Source of the DNA: Cyanobacteriota bacterium
GTDB taxonomy: Bacteria; Cyanobacteriota; Cyanobacteriia; Cyanobacteriales; Nostocaceae
DNA: 43,944 nucleotides
Assembly (NCBI GenBank): GCA_046045965.1
Contig: JBJOKS010000035.1
Coordinates: 1-43,944 of the forward strand
Direction: 5' to 3'
This document shows, in pieces, positions 1 through 9,410 of the stretch. Positions within the stretch are counted from its first letter, which is position 1; each line of letters starts with the position of its first letter. The notes under the pieces were generated by a model that did not search any database, was not told the DNA's origin, and saw nothing but the letters and a program-made list of their open reading frames with translations. A program made the translations under genes and the position numbers.

Positions 1-160
1 TTTCTATCGCCAGAATTCGTTAGTTGAATTTCTTTGACGAGGAATGGTCGTCTTTATTCTTTCAAAGTATTATCTTGTCTCGGTTCAGTTGTGTGGGCTT
101 CGTTTGCCTCACCTCATTTAATATAGCAACTCTCTGTTTTTGTGTCAACTACTTTTGCAA
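1..160 (-). promoter_or_regulatory. Probable rRNA operon promoter and start of leader, firing off the left edge
   Basis: Minus strand reads TTGACA (148-143), 17 bp, TATATT (125-120), with an A-tract upstream. It shares AAAAGTAGTTGACA...GCTATATT with the right-end promoter. A boxA-like GAACCGAGACAA follows. The 16S gene itself is not in the window. Confidence 0.65.
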
Positions 161-290
161 AATTTTTTTGTTTTTTTTTGAAAATCACTCCAAACCCTTG
201 CTGTCAAAGCTTTTGGGGATATGTTGGCTGTCCTGATCGTTTCAGTGGGTAGAAGAAAAGAGTCAAGGATGAGGAAAATCTTCACCCTTT

Positions 291-375
291 CAGGACTTAT
301 TATGCACAAGTCACGGAGGAAGGAACGAAGGAAAGGACGAAAAGAGGGTGTTAGAGATATTTTGCGTAAGTCCTG
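291..375. mobile_element. MITE-like element with CAGGACTTA...TAAGTCCTG terminal inverted repeats
   Basis: Inverted termini at 291-299 and 367-375. The right part (339-376) matches 42652-42689 at 34/38 nt. Confidence 0.6.
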
Positions 376-545
376 TCCTGTATCAGTTCAGGCACATTAT
401 TCTATATCGCGACTTACGTCTTTTGAGTGCGGTGGCTGTTTTGCTGATGTTGGCAAATTTGTCAAAATATATCTGTAAGCTAGGATCAGTGGGCTTTCAG
501 GAGTGAAGGCTTGCTGGTTAAATATCAAAATAATAGGAAGGATGT

Positions 546-869
546 ATGGATAACAACAACTGGTTGGAACAGTTAATGATGCTGGGTATAGGTACTACAT
601 CATTGGTGGCTGACAAGCTCAAGCAAGTCAGTGATGAGCTTGTTAAGGATGGTAAGCTCAATCCTGAGCAAGCTAAGGTGGTGATGGATGATATTGTGCA
701 GCAATTAAAGTCGGAGCAGGGTAGCTGGGAAGTGCAAATGCAACGACAAATGCGAAATATGATGCAGGATTTGGGGGTGGCGCGTCAGTCAGAGGTGGAT
801 GAACTACGGGGTAGAATTGACCGTTTAGAGCGTCAGGTGCGCGATTTAGAAAATAAGCTTTGGCGCTAG
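546..869 (+). CDS. Phasin-family / PHA-regulator-like coiled-coil protein
   Basis: 107 aa ORF with LGIG...ELVKDGKL and a C-terminal ARQSEVDELRGRIDRLE coiled coil; AGGA upstream. Confidence 0.7.
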   Translation: MDNNNWLEQLMMLGIGTTSLVADKLKQVSDELVKDGKLNPEQAKVVMDDIVQQLKSEQGSWEVQMQRQMRNMMQDLGVARQSEVDELRGRIDRLERQVRDLENKLWR

Positions 870-948
870 AATACCTATTGTGATTTAAACTGATTTGTGT
901 GCTGTCGGTAATCTAATTACCAAGCTACCTATATGGGGAGGGCAAATT

Positions 949-1479
949 TTGAAAGGAATTTTACTCAGCGTGGTGTTCATGCTGGTGTGTGTTGTGGCTT
1001 TAGTATTAGCACAAATGGGTGGTAAACAGGATACTGCCAGTGCTGTTAAATTAACCGAAACACAACCAGCAGCCACTGTTGTCACTGAAGAAAAAAATAC
1101 TCTAGTAGCGAACAACAACACTATGTCTAATGATAATGTCGTAACCACCCCTTCTGGACTAAAATACGTTGAATTAGCAAAGGGGACTGGTGAAACTACT
1201 CCTAAAAAGGGGCAAACGGTTGTGGTTCACTATACTGGTACTTTGGAGGATGGTACTAAGTTTGATAGTTCACGCGATCGCGGCCAACCCTTCAGCTTTA
1301 AAATTGGTGTCGGGAAGGTTATCAAAGGCTGGGATGAAGGACTGAGTACAATGAAAGTGGGCGATCGCCGTCAGTTAATTATTCCCCCTGATTTGGGTTA
1401 TGGTGCGCGTGGTGCTGGTGGTGTAATTCCACCCAATGCTACTTTGATTTTTGATGTGGAATTGTTGGCGATTAGGTAA
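949..1479 (+). CDS. FKBP-type peptidyl-prolyl cis-trans isomerase with N-terminal signal/TM segment
   Basis: [23 protein letters not shown] and [14 protein letters not shown] motifs; TTG start at 949 after GGGGAGG. Confidence 0.93.
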   Translation: MKGILLSVVFMLVCVVALVLAQMGGKQDTASAVKLTETQPAATVVTEEKNTLVANNNTMSNDNVVTTPSGLKYVELAKGTGETTPKKGQTVVVHYTGTLEDGTKFDSSRDRGQPFSFKIGVGKVIKGWDEGLSTMKVGDRRQLIIPPDLGYGARGAGGVIPPNATLIFDVELLAIR

Positions 1480-1535
1480 AATTTGGTAATGGGTAATAGG
1501 TAATAGGAAAAGCAATCACCAATCACCCATTACCA

Positions 1536-4178
1536 TTAATAATTATTAGGTCTAGCTAAGTTTTTGAATTTTGTAAATTGTGGATCGAATAAAAGTTTCA
1601 CAGTTCCTGTGGGTCCGTTGCGGTGTTTAGCTACTATTACTTCTGCTATTCCCCGATCTGGGGTATCTGGTGAATAATATTCATCGCGGTAAAGCATGAT
1701 TACTAAATCCGCGTCTTGTTCGATGGAGTTATGAACAATGATATTATTGGCTACAAAGTTATGTAAATTGGGAACTGTTAAGTCAAATACTTCTTCTTCT
1801 CCATCTGGGATAATTGAAACAACTTCATCCCAATAAACATCACTGTTGGCAAGGGCAAGTAGCTCATTTGATTGAACAATATTAGCAACTTTTAATGCTC
1901 TTTCTCGACTTAAATTTGCTTTGTATAGTGTAGAACCGCAGTATGATTGTCCCAGGAAAGATTGTATTTCTCTGCTTGTCATCCCAATAGTTTGCATTGC
2001 AGGTACAACATAAGTTTTCCAAACTTCTTTGGGTATTACATCTCTGTTAGGGTTATGAATGCAATTTTCAAGATGTTCAGAGATTTCTTGTAATGAACCT
2101 AATTTGTATTCTCCTACTGCTCCAATCTTTTTAATAAATAGCTCAAGGTCAGGCTTACCAGTAATTGTGACATGATACTGATTTCTACCCTTACCAGGCT
2201 GAGGAATTATTTTCAGTTTTGCATTAATGCCCAATCTTAGTAAAAGTGTTTGAACATCAAATGCTAGTCTTTGACTGCTACTTGAATAATATGCAATAGG
2301 TCTTGGTTTTTTGCCAGCAAGCAATTTTATAGAACCATCTGTACACCACAGATGACGCAGAAAGCAAGCTATTAACTCTTGGGGCTGTGAAAACAAGTCT
2401 TGAGGCACAAACTTTTCGTAAGATCTTAAACCAAAAACTCCGAGAGAGTCTAGCCATTTGGCGATTGGATTTCTAACACTATGAGTTAGCCTTTCTGCTG
2501 CGGACAAATAAACCTGATACGAACCACGTTCAGGTGAAATTCTAGGAATAATTGATTCTCCAAACACTTCTCTTGCCAAGAAAGCAACATTTTCAGCCAA
2601 ATCTATCTCTCTGGACGTGTACTGTATGGCATGACCAGGTAATGTACAACCATCACCTATTAAATGTCCTAATAATGCCACTTCAGAATAAGTCATGGTT
2701 TGTTTACCCGCAATAGGTAAATGTCTTGGTAAACATATATGTTGTTTATGACTTAACTCATCTAGTCTTTTCCAACCATGAATTGTGAGGAATTTGTGAT
2801 TAGCAGTTGCCCTAATTTTTCTTCCTAGTCGAGTTGTTAAGGTAAATACAGGTTTGATACCTGTAGAAAAGGCATTACTCACAATTGCTGTTTCTAGCTT
2901 CATTGTTTTTTCATTTAATGCCCAAACTGAAAAATTAGATTTACCTACTAATTCTTTAATTGGTACTTGTAATCCGGTATCTGTTAATGTGATTAGGCTA
3001 TCACCTGTTAAACAACCAGATTCTCTTAAATCTGACAACATCGGGCGTTTATTGGTGCGTGCTTCTACTCCGCGACTTAACTGAGATAAGGCAATAACTG
3101 GAACTGATAATTCACGGGCTAAACCTTTCAAAGAACGGGTAATTCTCGATAATTCTTGAACGCGATTATCACCTGCACCTTCCATTAATTGCAAGTAATC
3201 TATAACAACTAATCCTAGTTCTGTATTCTGTTGTGCTTGCAGTTTTCGAGCTTGACTCCGCATTTGGTTAACTGTAATGTTCGGAGTGTCGTCAATAAAA
3301 ATTGGCATTTCTGAAAGCATACCAATTGCACGGCTTAAAGGTTCCCATTGGGTTTGGCTAATGCGTCCAGTCCGCAAATAACTACTTTCAATTTGTGCTT
3401 CACTAGCTAATAGTCGCTGTACTAATTGTTCTTTGGACATTTCCAAGCTAAAAACGGCAACTGGCAATTTATAACCAGCGGCAATATTATGAGCTAGGTT
3501 CAAGCAAAACGCGGTTTTCCCCATTGCCGGTCTAGCAGCGACGATAATTAAATCCGAACGTTGGAAACCAGTTGTCATCGCATCTAAATCATAAAAACCG
3601 CAGGGAATACCGGGCAAAGCAATGCCTTCATGTCTTTTTTCAACTTCTTGAAAGGCATTAATTAGGGTATCAGAAATGTGTACTAAACCTGATTGGGGTT
3701 TTTCTTGAGTAACGCTGAAAACTTTTTGTTCTGCTTGGTCAAGAACTATGGGTAATTCTGTTTGTGTCTCGTAACCAAGTTGTACAATTTCGTTACCAGC
3801 TTTGATTAATTGCCGTCGCAGGTGTTTTTCCATTACTAGTCCTGCTAAGGCATCAATGTTGACTGCTGATACTGTACGGTCTATGAGAGTGGCTAATTTA
3901 TTTCTGCCACCAATGCGGGTGAGTTTATCGTTATCAGTCAGCCAACTGGTAAGGGAAAGTAAGTCTGTGGGTTTATTTTGGGCATGAAGAGTGAGGGCGG
4001 CTTGATAGATATCTCTATGGGCGTTAATATAAAATGCTTCGGGAACGAGGCGATCGCGTACTCGTCCTATGGCTTCTGGATCGAGAAGAATACCCCCCAA
4101 AATTGCCTCTTCGGCTTCGATGTTTTGGGGTGGTAAGCGATCGCTACCATCACCTTGAAAACTCAGTTCTTCAGCCAT
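1536..4178 (-). CDS. dnaB: Replicative DNA helicase DnaB (intein-containing)
   Basis: PPQNIEAEEAILG, Walker A AARPAMGKT, IDYLQLM, LSDLRESG|intein|SIEQDAD. Confidence 0.98.
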   Translation of the reverse strand: MAEELSFQGDGSDRLPPQNIEAEEAILGGILLDPEAIGRVRDRLVPEAFYINAHRDIYQAALTLHAQNKPTDLLSLTSWLTDNDKLTRIGGRNKLATLIDRTVSAVNIDALAGLVMEKHLRRQLIKAGNEIVQLGYETQTELPIVLDQAEQKVFSVTQEKPQSGLVHISDTLINAFQEVEKRHEGIALPGIPCGFYDLDAMTTGFQRSDLIIVAARPAMGKTAFCLNLAHNIAAGYKLPVAVFSLEMSKEQLVQRLLASEAQIESSYLRTGRISQTQWEPLSRAIGMLSEMPIFIDDTPNITVNQMRSQARKLQAQQNTELGLVVIDYLQLMEGAGDNRVQELSRITRSLKGLARELSVPVIALSQLSRGVEARTNKRPMLSDLRESGCLTGDSLITLTDTGLQVPIKELVGKSNFSVWALNEKTMKLETAIVSNAFSTGIKPVFTLTTRLGRKIRATANHKFLTIHGWKRLDELSHKQHICLPRHLPIAGKQTMTYSEVALLGHLIGDGCTLPGHAIQYTSREIDLAENVAFLAREVFGESIIPRISPERGSYQVYLSAAERLTHSVRNPIAKWLDSLGVFGLRSYEKFVPQDLFSQPQELIACFLRHLWCTDGSIKLLAGKKPRPIAYYSSSSQRLAFDVQTLLLRLGINAKLKIIPQPGKGRNQYHVTITGKPDLELFIKKIGAVGEYKLGSLQEISEHLENCIHNPNRDVIPKEVWKTYVVPAMQTIGMTSREIQSFLGQSYCGSTLYKANLSRERALKVANIVQSNELLALANSDVYWDEVVSIIPDGEEEVFDLTVPNLHNFVANNIIVHNSIEQDADLVIMLYRDEYYSPDTPDRGIAEVIVAKHRNGPTGTVKLLFDPQFTKFKNLARPNNY
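1728..3014 (-). mobile_element. 429-aa DnaB intein with LAGLIDADG homing endonuclease
   Basis: Starts CLTGDS after RESG and ends VHN before Ser. Block B is TANHKF. Endonuclease motifs are LLGHLIGDGC and FLRHLWCTDGS. Confidence 0.95.
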
Positions 4179-4312
4179 GAGCTTTTGGTTTTGAGCAGGT
4201 TTTAAATATTAGCTGATCTTGGTAGTTTGGAGGTAAAAGGTAAAAGGCAAAAGGCAATACATAATTTTCTTCATTACCCTATAACCTTCTTACCTGTCAC
4301 CTGTCACCTATC

Positions 4313-4771
4313 TTAGCTGGCAACAACTTCAATATCAATTTGTGCTGTTACTTCAGAATGCAGCTTGATTTCGGCTTTATATGTACCCAGGTGGTTAATA
4401 TCAGGGATAGTAATACCACGTTTATCAATTTCTTGACTGGTAGCTGCTTGAATTGCTTCGGCTACATCTTGGGTGGTGACTGTACCGAAAATAGCTTCGT
4501 TTTCACCAACCGACTTGGAGATTTTCAAGCTGGCAATTTTTTCTAGGGCTGCTTTTTGTTCTAGTGCTTGTTGTCTGAGTTCTAGTTGCCGTTGACGTTC
4601 TTGTTCACGACGGCGTTCTACTTGTCTCATAATACCAGGAGTAGCATGAGTAGCTAAACTCTGGGGAATTAGATAATTACGAGCATAGCCGGGTGCTACA
4701 TCTACTAAGTCGCCGGATTTTCCCAGCTTGCTCACATCTTTTGTTAAAACTAACTGCACTCGTTTCGCCAT
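4313..4771 (-). CDS. rplI: 50S ribosomal protein L9
   Basis: [21 protein letters not shown] motif; ATG at 4771 (MAKRVQ). Confidence 0.97.
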   Translation of the reverse strand: MAKRVQLVLTKDVSKLGKSGDLVDVAPGYARNYLIPQSLATHATPGIMRQVERRREQERQRQLELRQQALEQKAALEKIASLKISKSVGENEAIFGTVTTQDVAEAIQAATSQEIDKRGITIPDINHLGTYKAEIKLHSEVTAQIDIEVVAS

Positions 4772-5106
4772 TGTTTTTCTTTTTTCCTGTAAAATCTCAT
4801 TAACTTGGGTGTCAGCAGGATCGCTTACAAAAGTGTAGCTTGACCTTGAGCGACTTTGTTTATATCCCAAAGACTAAAGATTGTAGCTAATTATGGGGGG
4901 CGATCGCAACACCAGATCCCCAAAAATATTCCCTTAGTCTCAGGATTGATTTCCCTCTCTACAGAAGTTTGAAGTTTTGGTATTTGTGATCAGCATTAAT
5001 ACAATTAACTAAGCTTAAAGGTAAATATACGACATATCACATCTTAGCACATTCAGGATTGATAGTTGATGTTTTATATTATTTGATAATTGCAAGTTTT
5101 AGATTT

Positions 5107-5445
5107 TTAATTACTGAGTGGGGGTGGAAAACGAATATCGGCATTAAACCGAGCAACATTGGCACTTTGATAAATTGGTAAAACATATTCTAAATTTTCA
5201 TGGGGACGGGGAATAATGTGATGGGAAAGTATCTCACCACCATTAACTTTTAAAACAGATTCTAGTCCTGCTGTGACTGCCATTTTAACTTCGCCAACAT
5301 CACCGCGAATTAAGATTGTAATTCTGCCTAAATCTGTGTTTTCATAACCTACAAATGTGATTCTAGCAGCTTTACACATCGCGTCTGTGGCTTCCACTGC
5401 GGCGGGAATGCCGTATACTTCTATCATGCCTAGTGCTAATGTCAA
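5107..5445 (-). CDS. ccmK: BMC-H carboxysome shell protein, CcmK paralog outside the main ccm operon (CcmK6-like)
   Basis: ALGMIEVYG, AVEATDAMCKAA, IRGDVGEV and HIIPRPHENLEYVLPI motifs; TTG start. Confidence 0.88.
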   Translation of the reverse strand: MTLALGMIEVYGIPAAVEATDAMCKAARITFVGYENTDLGRITILIRGDVGEVKMAVTAGLESVLKVNGGEILSHHIIPRPHENLEYVLPIYQSANVARFNADIRFPPPLSN

Positions 5446-5480
5446 TGTTGTTTTACTCCTCTACAAATTTCTATACCAAT

Positions 5481-6092
5481 TTATTGATAATTATCTGGAA
5501 TACCTACAGGTGATAAACCAGCGATCGCTCTCAAATTTTGACAACGAATTAATTCGTTAAAATCTAAACCAAAGCGCCCTTCAATTTTTGCTACTGTCTC
5601 GATGGCAGTTAACAAATGTTGGGCTGCTTCTGCTTCTGAGTAACCCCGTCTTTGGGCAATAAAAACGGCTGTTGTATCGGCTTTTAATAGTGATGCTTGG
5701 GATTGATTTATTCGCCAGATCCGCACACCAGCTAAAGCACTTAATCCCCCAGCAATAATTATACCTACCACATCAGACTGGGCAGCTTCGACTACTCCAC
5801 CTAATAATCCTGCTAAAACCACTCCTTGATAAATGTCTGGTTTTAACCACTTCACCCCCGTTAACCAACTAACTTGATACAGCAGCAATAAATCTCGTTG
5901 TGGCTTAGTCAAACGCCGCCATAAATCGAAATTAATATATATCGGTCGTTCCTGACTCCAGGGTAAGGGAAAAGCGGCATCTATGACCTTTTCCTGGTCT
6001 GGTTTACTGAGGATTTTAGTCATCATACGCCCAGAAGCGGGCATCACATCCAACAAACGGCGAATTTCAATATTTGGTTGCATCATGTCCAT
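5481..6092 (-). CDS. DUF3318-family membrane protein
   Basis: EIRRLLDVMPASGRM N-terminus, two hydrophobic segments, ELIRCQNLRAIAG. Confidence 0.75.
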   Translation of the reverse strand: MDMMQPNIEIRRLLDVMPASGRMMTKILSKPDQEKVIDAAFPLPWSQERPIYINFDLWRRLTKPQRDLLLLYQVSWLTGVKWLKPDIYQGVVLAGLLGGVVEAAQSDVVGIIIAGGLSALAGVRIWRINQSQASLLKADTTAVFIAQRRGYSEAEAAQHLLTAIETVAKIEGRFGLDFNELIRCQNLRAIAGLSPVGIPDNYQ

Positions 6093-6153
6093 TATTAGGC
6101 ATAATAATATATGTATATTAAATTACTACTAAGATTACACTTTTATAATTTAT

Positions 6154-6417
6154 ATGGATATGGATGCTTTTGCTCCCACACCACCAGGATGGACAGATCA
6201 GGCAGTTCACGCTTATGAATTTTGCTGTCCCAAATGTCACTCTAGCAGTAGAGAAGCGGTACAAGTTTGGCTCAATAGGCGATCGCCTGTGACAACTTCA
6301 GATCATCGTCGCAAATGGCAAGAATTTTACTTGTGCCATTGTGGTTGCGCTTGGTGGGGTTGGAGTAGCGATCGCCTGAATGGCGCTGCTGAAGGCAATC
6401 GCAAACCTCCCAGTTAA
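6154..6417 (+). CDS. Conserved hypothetical Cys/Trp-rich (zinc-ribbon-like) protein
   Basis: 87 aa with CCPKC and CHCGC clusters and WWGWSSDR; contains two HIP1 sites. Confidence 0.7.
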   Translation: MDMDAFAPTPPGWTDQAVHAYEFCCPKCHSSSREAVQVWLNRRSPVTTSDHRRKWQEFYLCHCGCAWWGWSSDRLNGAAEGNRKPPS

Positions 6418-6491
6418 CTCATATTGTGATTGTTGAATGAAATACGATCATGAAGACAGCAGGATGCAGGGGGCTAGTAACTGAAAAGAGT

Positions 6492-7178
6492 TTATATTCT
6501 GACTCCTGACTCCTGAATCCTGACTTCTTCTACATAAGCTTTAACTAACAAATCAATGCCAGTAATTGCAGTACCAACTACAACTGCATCAGCCCCTAAA
6601 TCTAATGCTTTTTTGGCCATTTGTGGTGAAGAAATACCACCTTCACAAATTACAAAAGTAGCTAATTTTTCTACTATCTGTGTGAGAAGTTCCCAACCTG
6701 GAGGTGCAAAACTTTTGGTTTCGGCAGTGTACCCAAAAAGAGTAGTACCAACAATATCAGCACCAGCATCTACAGCTAATTTTGCCGCTTCATAAGTATC
6801 CACATCGGCCATGACTGGTTTACCTAATTCTTGATGAATGCGGGTAATTATCTCAGCCAATTTTTCATCACCAGGACGTTTTCTGGTAGTTGCATCTATA
6901 GCAATAATATCTGCTCCGGCTTGAGCGACTGCGACAGCATGATGAAACTGGGGGGTAATGTATACATCAGAACCTGTTATTACTTGTTTCCAAAGTCCGA
7001 TCATTGGTACTTTTACTTTTTCCCGCACGGCTTTGATATGATTGGGTGTGTCAATCCTCACAGCTACTGCACCATTATTAACAGATGCTTGTGCCATTGC
7101 AGCGATCACGTAAGGATCATGTAATGGTGAGTCTACAGGTGCTTGACAGGAAACAATTAGTCCTTTTTGTAAATTCAT
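6492..7178 (-). CDS. nanE: N-acetylmannosamine-6-phosphate 2-epimerase
   Basis: GLIVSCQA, VYITP, IIAIDAT, VGTTLFGYT and VVVGTAIT motifs. Confidence 0.93.
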   Translation of the reverse strand: MNLQKGLIVSCQAPVDSPLHDPYVIAAMAQASVNNGAVAVRIDTPNHIKAVREKVKVPMIGLWKQVITGSDVYITPQFHHAVAVAQAGADIIAIDATTRKRPGDEKLAEIITRIHQELGKPVMADVDTYEAAKLAVDAGADIVGTTLFGYTAETKSFAPPGWELLTQIVEKLATFVICEGGISSPQMAKKALDLGADAVVVGTAITGIDLLVKAYVEEVRIQESGVRI

Positions 7179-7246
7179 TATGTTGAATTTTTAGTATTTG
7201 ATAATGTACCAATTTATCAAATATTCTGACTCCTGACTCCTGACTC

Positions 7247-9211
7247 CTACTTCAATTGTTTTGGTATCGAAACTGTAAAAATTGAACCGATGCCTACAGT
7301 AGATTCTACTTCAATTCGACCCCGATGAAGTTCTACAAGTTGTTTAGTTAAAGCTAAACCAACTCCTGTACCTTCGTAACGACGACGATAGGGTGTATCA
7401 AGTTGTTGAAATTTCTCAAATAGTAGTGGTAACTTCTCTTCTGGTATGCCAATTCCAGTGTCTTCAACTTGAAATATTGCCGTGTTTTCTTCTACCCACA
7501 AGCGTAAAGTGACAGTACCACCTTCTGGGGTAAACTTGATGGCATTAGTCAATAAATTCCAGAGAATTTGTTCTACTCTTCCAGAATCAGCGGTAAAATG
7601 ATCGTGGTTAGGATTAATTTGCAAATCGAGTTTCAGAGTTACTTTTTCGCTGGTTGCTTTTTCTAATAAACAATCTAATATATTTTGTGCTGTCTTCACC
7701 AAAGAAAATTCAGAAATATTTAATACTGTTTTACCAGCCTCAATCTGTGATAAATCAAGGATGTCGTTTATCATTTCTAATAAATGTTCACCGCTGTCAT
7801 GAATAGTTTGTAAATAATCTCGTTGTCGTTGACTTAACTCACCTAAAGGCCAACGTAATAATGTAGAAGACATTCCAATTACATAAGTTAAAGGTGTGAG
7901 TAATTCATGACTAATAGTAGCCAGAAATTCACTTCGCAAACGGTTGGCTGCTTCTGCGGCCAGTAGAGCTTCTCGCAGTGCCATTGTCCGTTCAATTACT
8001 CGTTGTTCTAAAGTTTGTTTTTCTTGCGTCAGAGTTCGCGTAGCTTCTCTCAGAGATCCCATTAAATCATATTGATGAATAGCGATAGCTAACTGTTCGG
8101 CAATTGAGGATAACAAACTTTTTTCACTTTCACTCCAATTCCGGGTAGTATGACATTGATGAGCAATTAATAAACCCCAAAGCTGATCTTCAAAAATAAT
8201 TGGCGCTGCCAATTTAGCCCTGACTTTGATTTTCCTTAAAAAATTCAATAAACAATCTTCTAAGGCATAGGTTTTTTCTACATCATCCACTGCTAAAATA
8301 AAGCCTTGATGATATTTTTCCCAACATCGAGAATTTCGGTTCAGACAATCTTCTTCTTGATAATTTAAAACCGAGGAAATATAATCGGTAGCCAGGGATT
8401 CATAGACTATACAACCTCCATACTGTTGGAAATCTTGTTCTATAAATTGGGCGTTGACTACAGTTGGCGGTGAATATTGACAGTTAGGTGATTTTTGAGT
8501 CTTGGCTGAAGATGAAACAAATTTATAGATGACTAATCTATCTAATTCCAAAAAATCACGTACTTCTGTAATTGCCGTGGCCATAATTACTGGCAAATCT
8601 AGACTTTTACGAATTTGCGTTGTTACCTGATGTAAAAGTCGTTCTTGGGCAATTTGTTTGGTGAGAGCATCTTCTACAGGTTTGCAACTAAAACCCTCGC
8701 TGGGAATGGAAATTTTAGGTGTTTGTACTTCATTGTTAACAATTGGGAGGAGACATTCTAATAACAACAACGTGAACTTACTTTGTAATGTCGCATCATT
8801 AGGAGAAATAACTTGCTGATATTGGGCGATGTTTTGGTAAATGTAAGAATGAGAGTCAAACAAATTTCTTAATTTAGAGATAAAGGCTGCGATCGCTTCG
8901 GCATTAAATGTCAAACTAACATTGAGGGAATCTACGTTAATTTTTTCTTTCTCTGTTCCCGTATTTCCTTCCTCCGCTGCTTCTATGTTACCTAGCAGCA
9001 ACACACTAAATTGCTCAGAAACCACAAGGGTAAACCGTTGATTTTCCCACTCCACGGGAATAAGAATCCGCGCTAACACAGCTTCTGTCAGTATTAAAGC
9101 AGCACTGCCTACTGCTTGAGCCATCTGCTGCAACAATTCCCCAAGCCGATTAAATACAATTAAAGGCAAGGTTCGAGAAAAGCTCAAATCGGGAGAACTA
9201 AGCATTTTCAA
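7247..9211 (-). CDS. cikA: GAF-domain sensor histidine kinase, CikA-like
   Basis: GAF (LDRLVIYKF...LWGLLIAHQC), H-box SHELLTPL, NLLTNAIKFT, DTGIGI and GTGVGL; no C-terminal receiver. Confidence 0.8.
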   Translation of the reverse strand: MKMLSSPDLSFSRTLPLIVFNRLGELLQQMAQAVGSAALILTEAVLARILIPVEWENQRFTLVVSEQFSVLLLGNIEAAEEGNTGTEKEKINVDSLNVSLTFNAEAIAAFISKLRNLFDSHSYIYQNIAQYQQVISPNDATLQSKFTLLLLECLLPIVNNEVQTPKISIPSEGFSCKPVEDALTKQIAQERLLHQVTTQIRKSLDLPVIMATAITEVRDFLELDRLVIYKFVSSSAKTQKSPNCQYSPPTVVNAQFIEQDFQQYGGCIVYESLATDYISSVLNYQEEDCLNRNSRCWEKYHQGFILAVDDVEKTYALEDCLLNFLRKIKVRAKLAAPIIFEDQLWGLLIAHQCHTTRNWSESEKSLLSSIAEQLAIAIHQYDLMGSLREATRTLTQEKQTLEQRVIERTMALREALLAAEAANRLRSEFLATISHELLTPLTYVIGMSSTLLRWPLGELSQRQRDYLQTIHDSGEHLLEMINDILDLSQIEAGKTVLNISEFSLVKTAQNILDCLLEKATSEKVTLKLDLQINPNHDHFTADSGRVEQILWNLLTNAIKFTPEGGTVTLRLWVEENTAIFQVEDTGIGIPEEKLPLLFEKFQQLDTPYRRRYEGTGVGLALTKQLVELHRGRIEVESTVGIGSIFTVSIPKQLK

Positions 9212-9410
9212 AATTCTAATGAGATGGGCTGAATGCCTACTTAGGGCAATGGGTAACTGACAAAGGACAAGGCTAGGCTAAAATCCTTTTTGCTTACTTT
9301 TTTCCAGTACGCTGCGGGTTGACGTAGCCTGTGCGTAGGGTTCTACGGTTTCCTTCCTGGTTTTTTGTGATTGTGTACTAACCAACAGTTTAAGGTAGTA
9401 ATAGAAAATT

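Noticed and set aside
24..478. ORFs 24-236 and 221-478
   Set aside because: Overlap the rRNA-type promoter and the MITE; low-complexity translations
6492..6530. Novel C-terminal tail on NanE (VRIQESGVRI)
   Set aside because: Just read-through into a CAGGAGT heptamer tract, unlike the non-repetitive GlyQ tail
9212..9410. Cobalamin riboswitch upstream of cobN
   Set aside because: No recognisable B12-box or conserved core; the GC-rich bit at about 9307-9341 looks like a degenerate dispersed repeat
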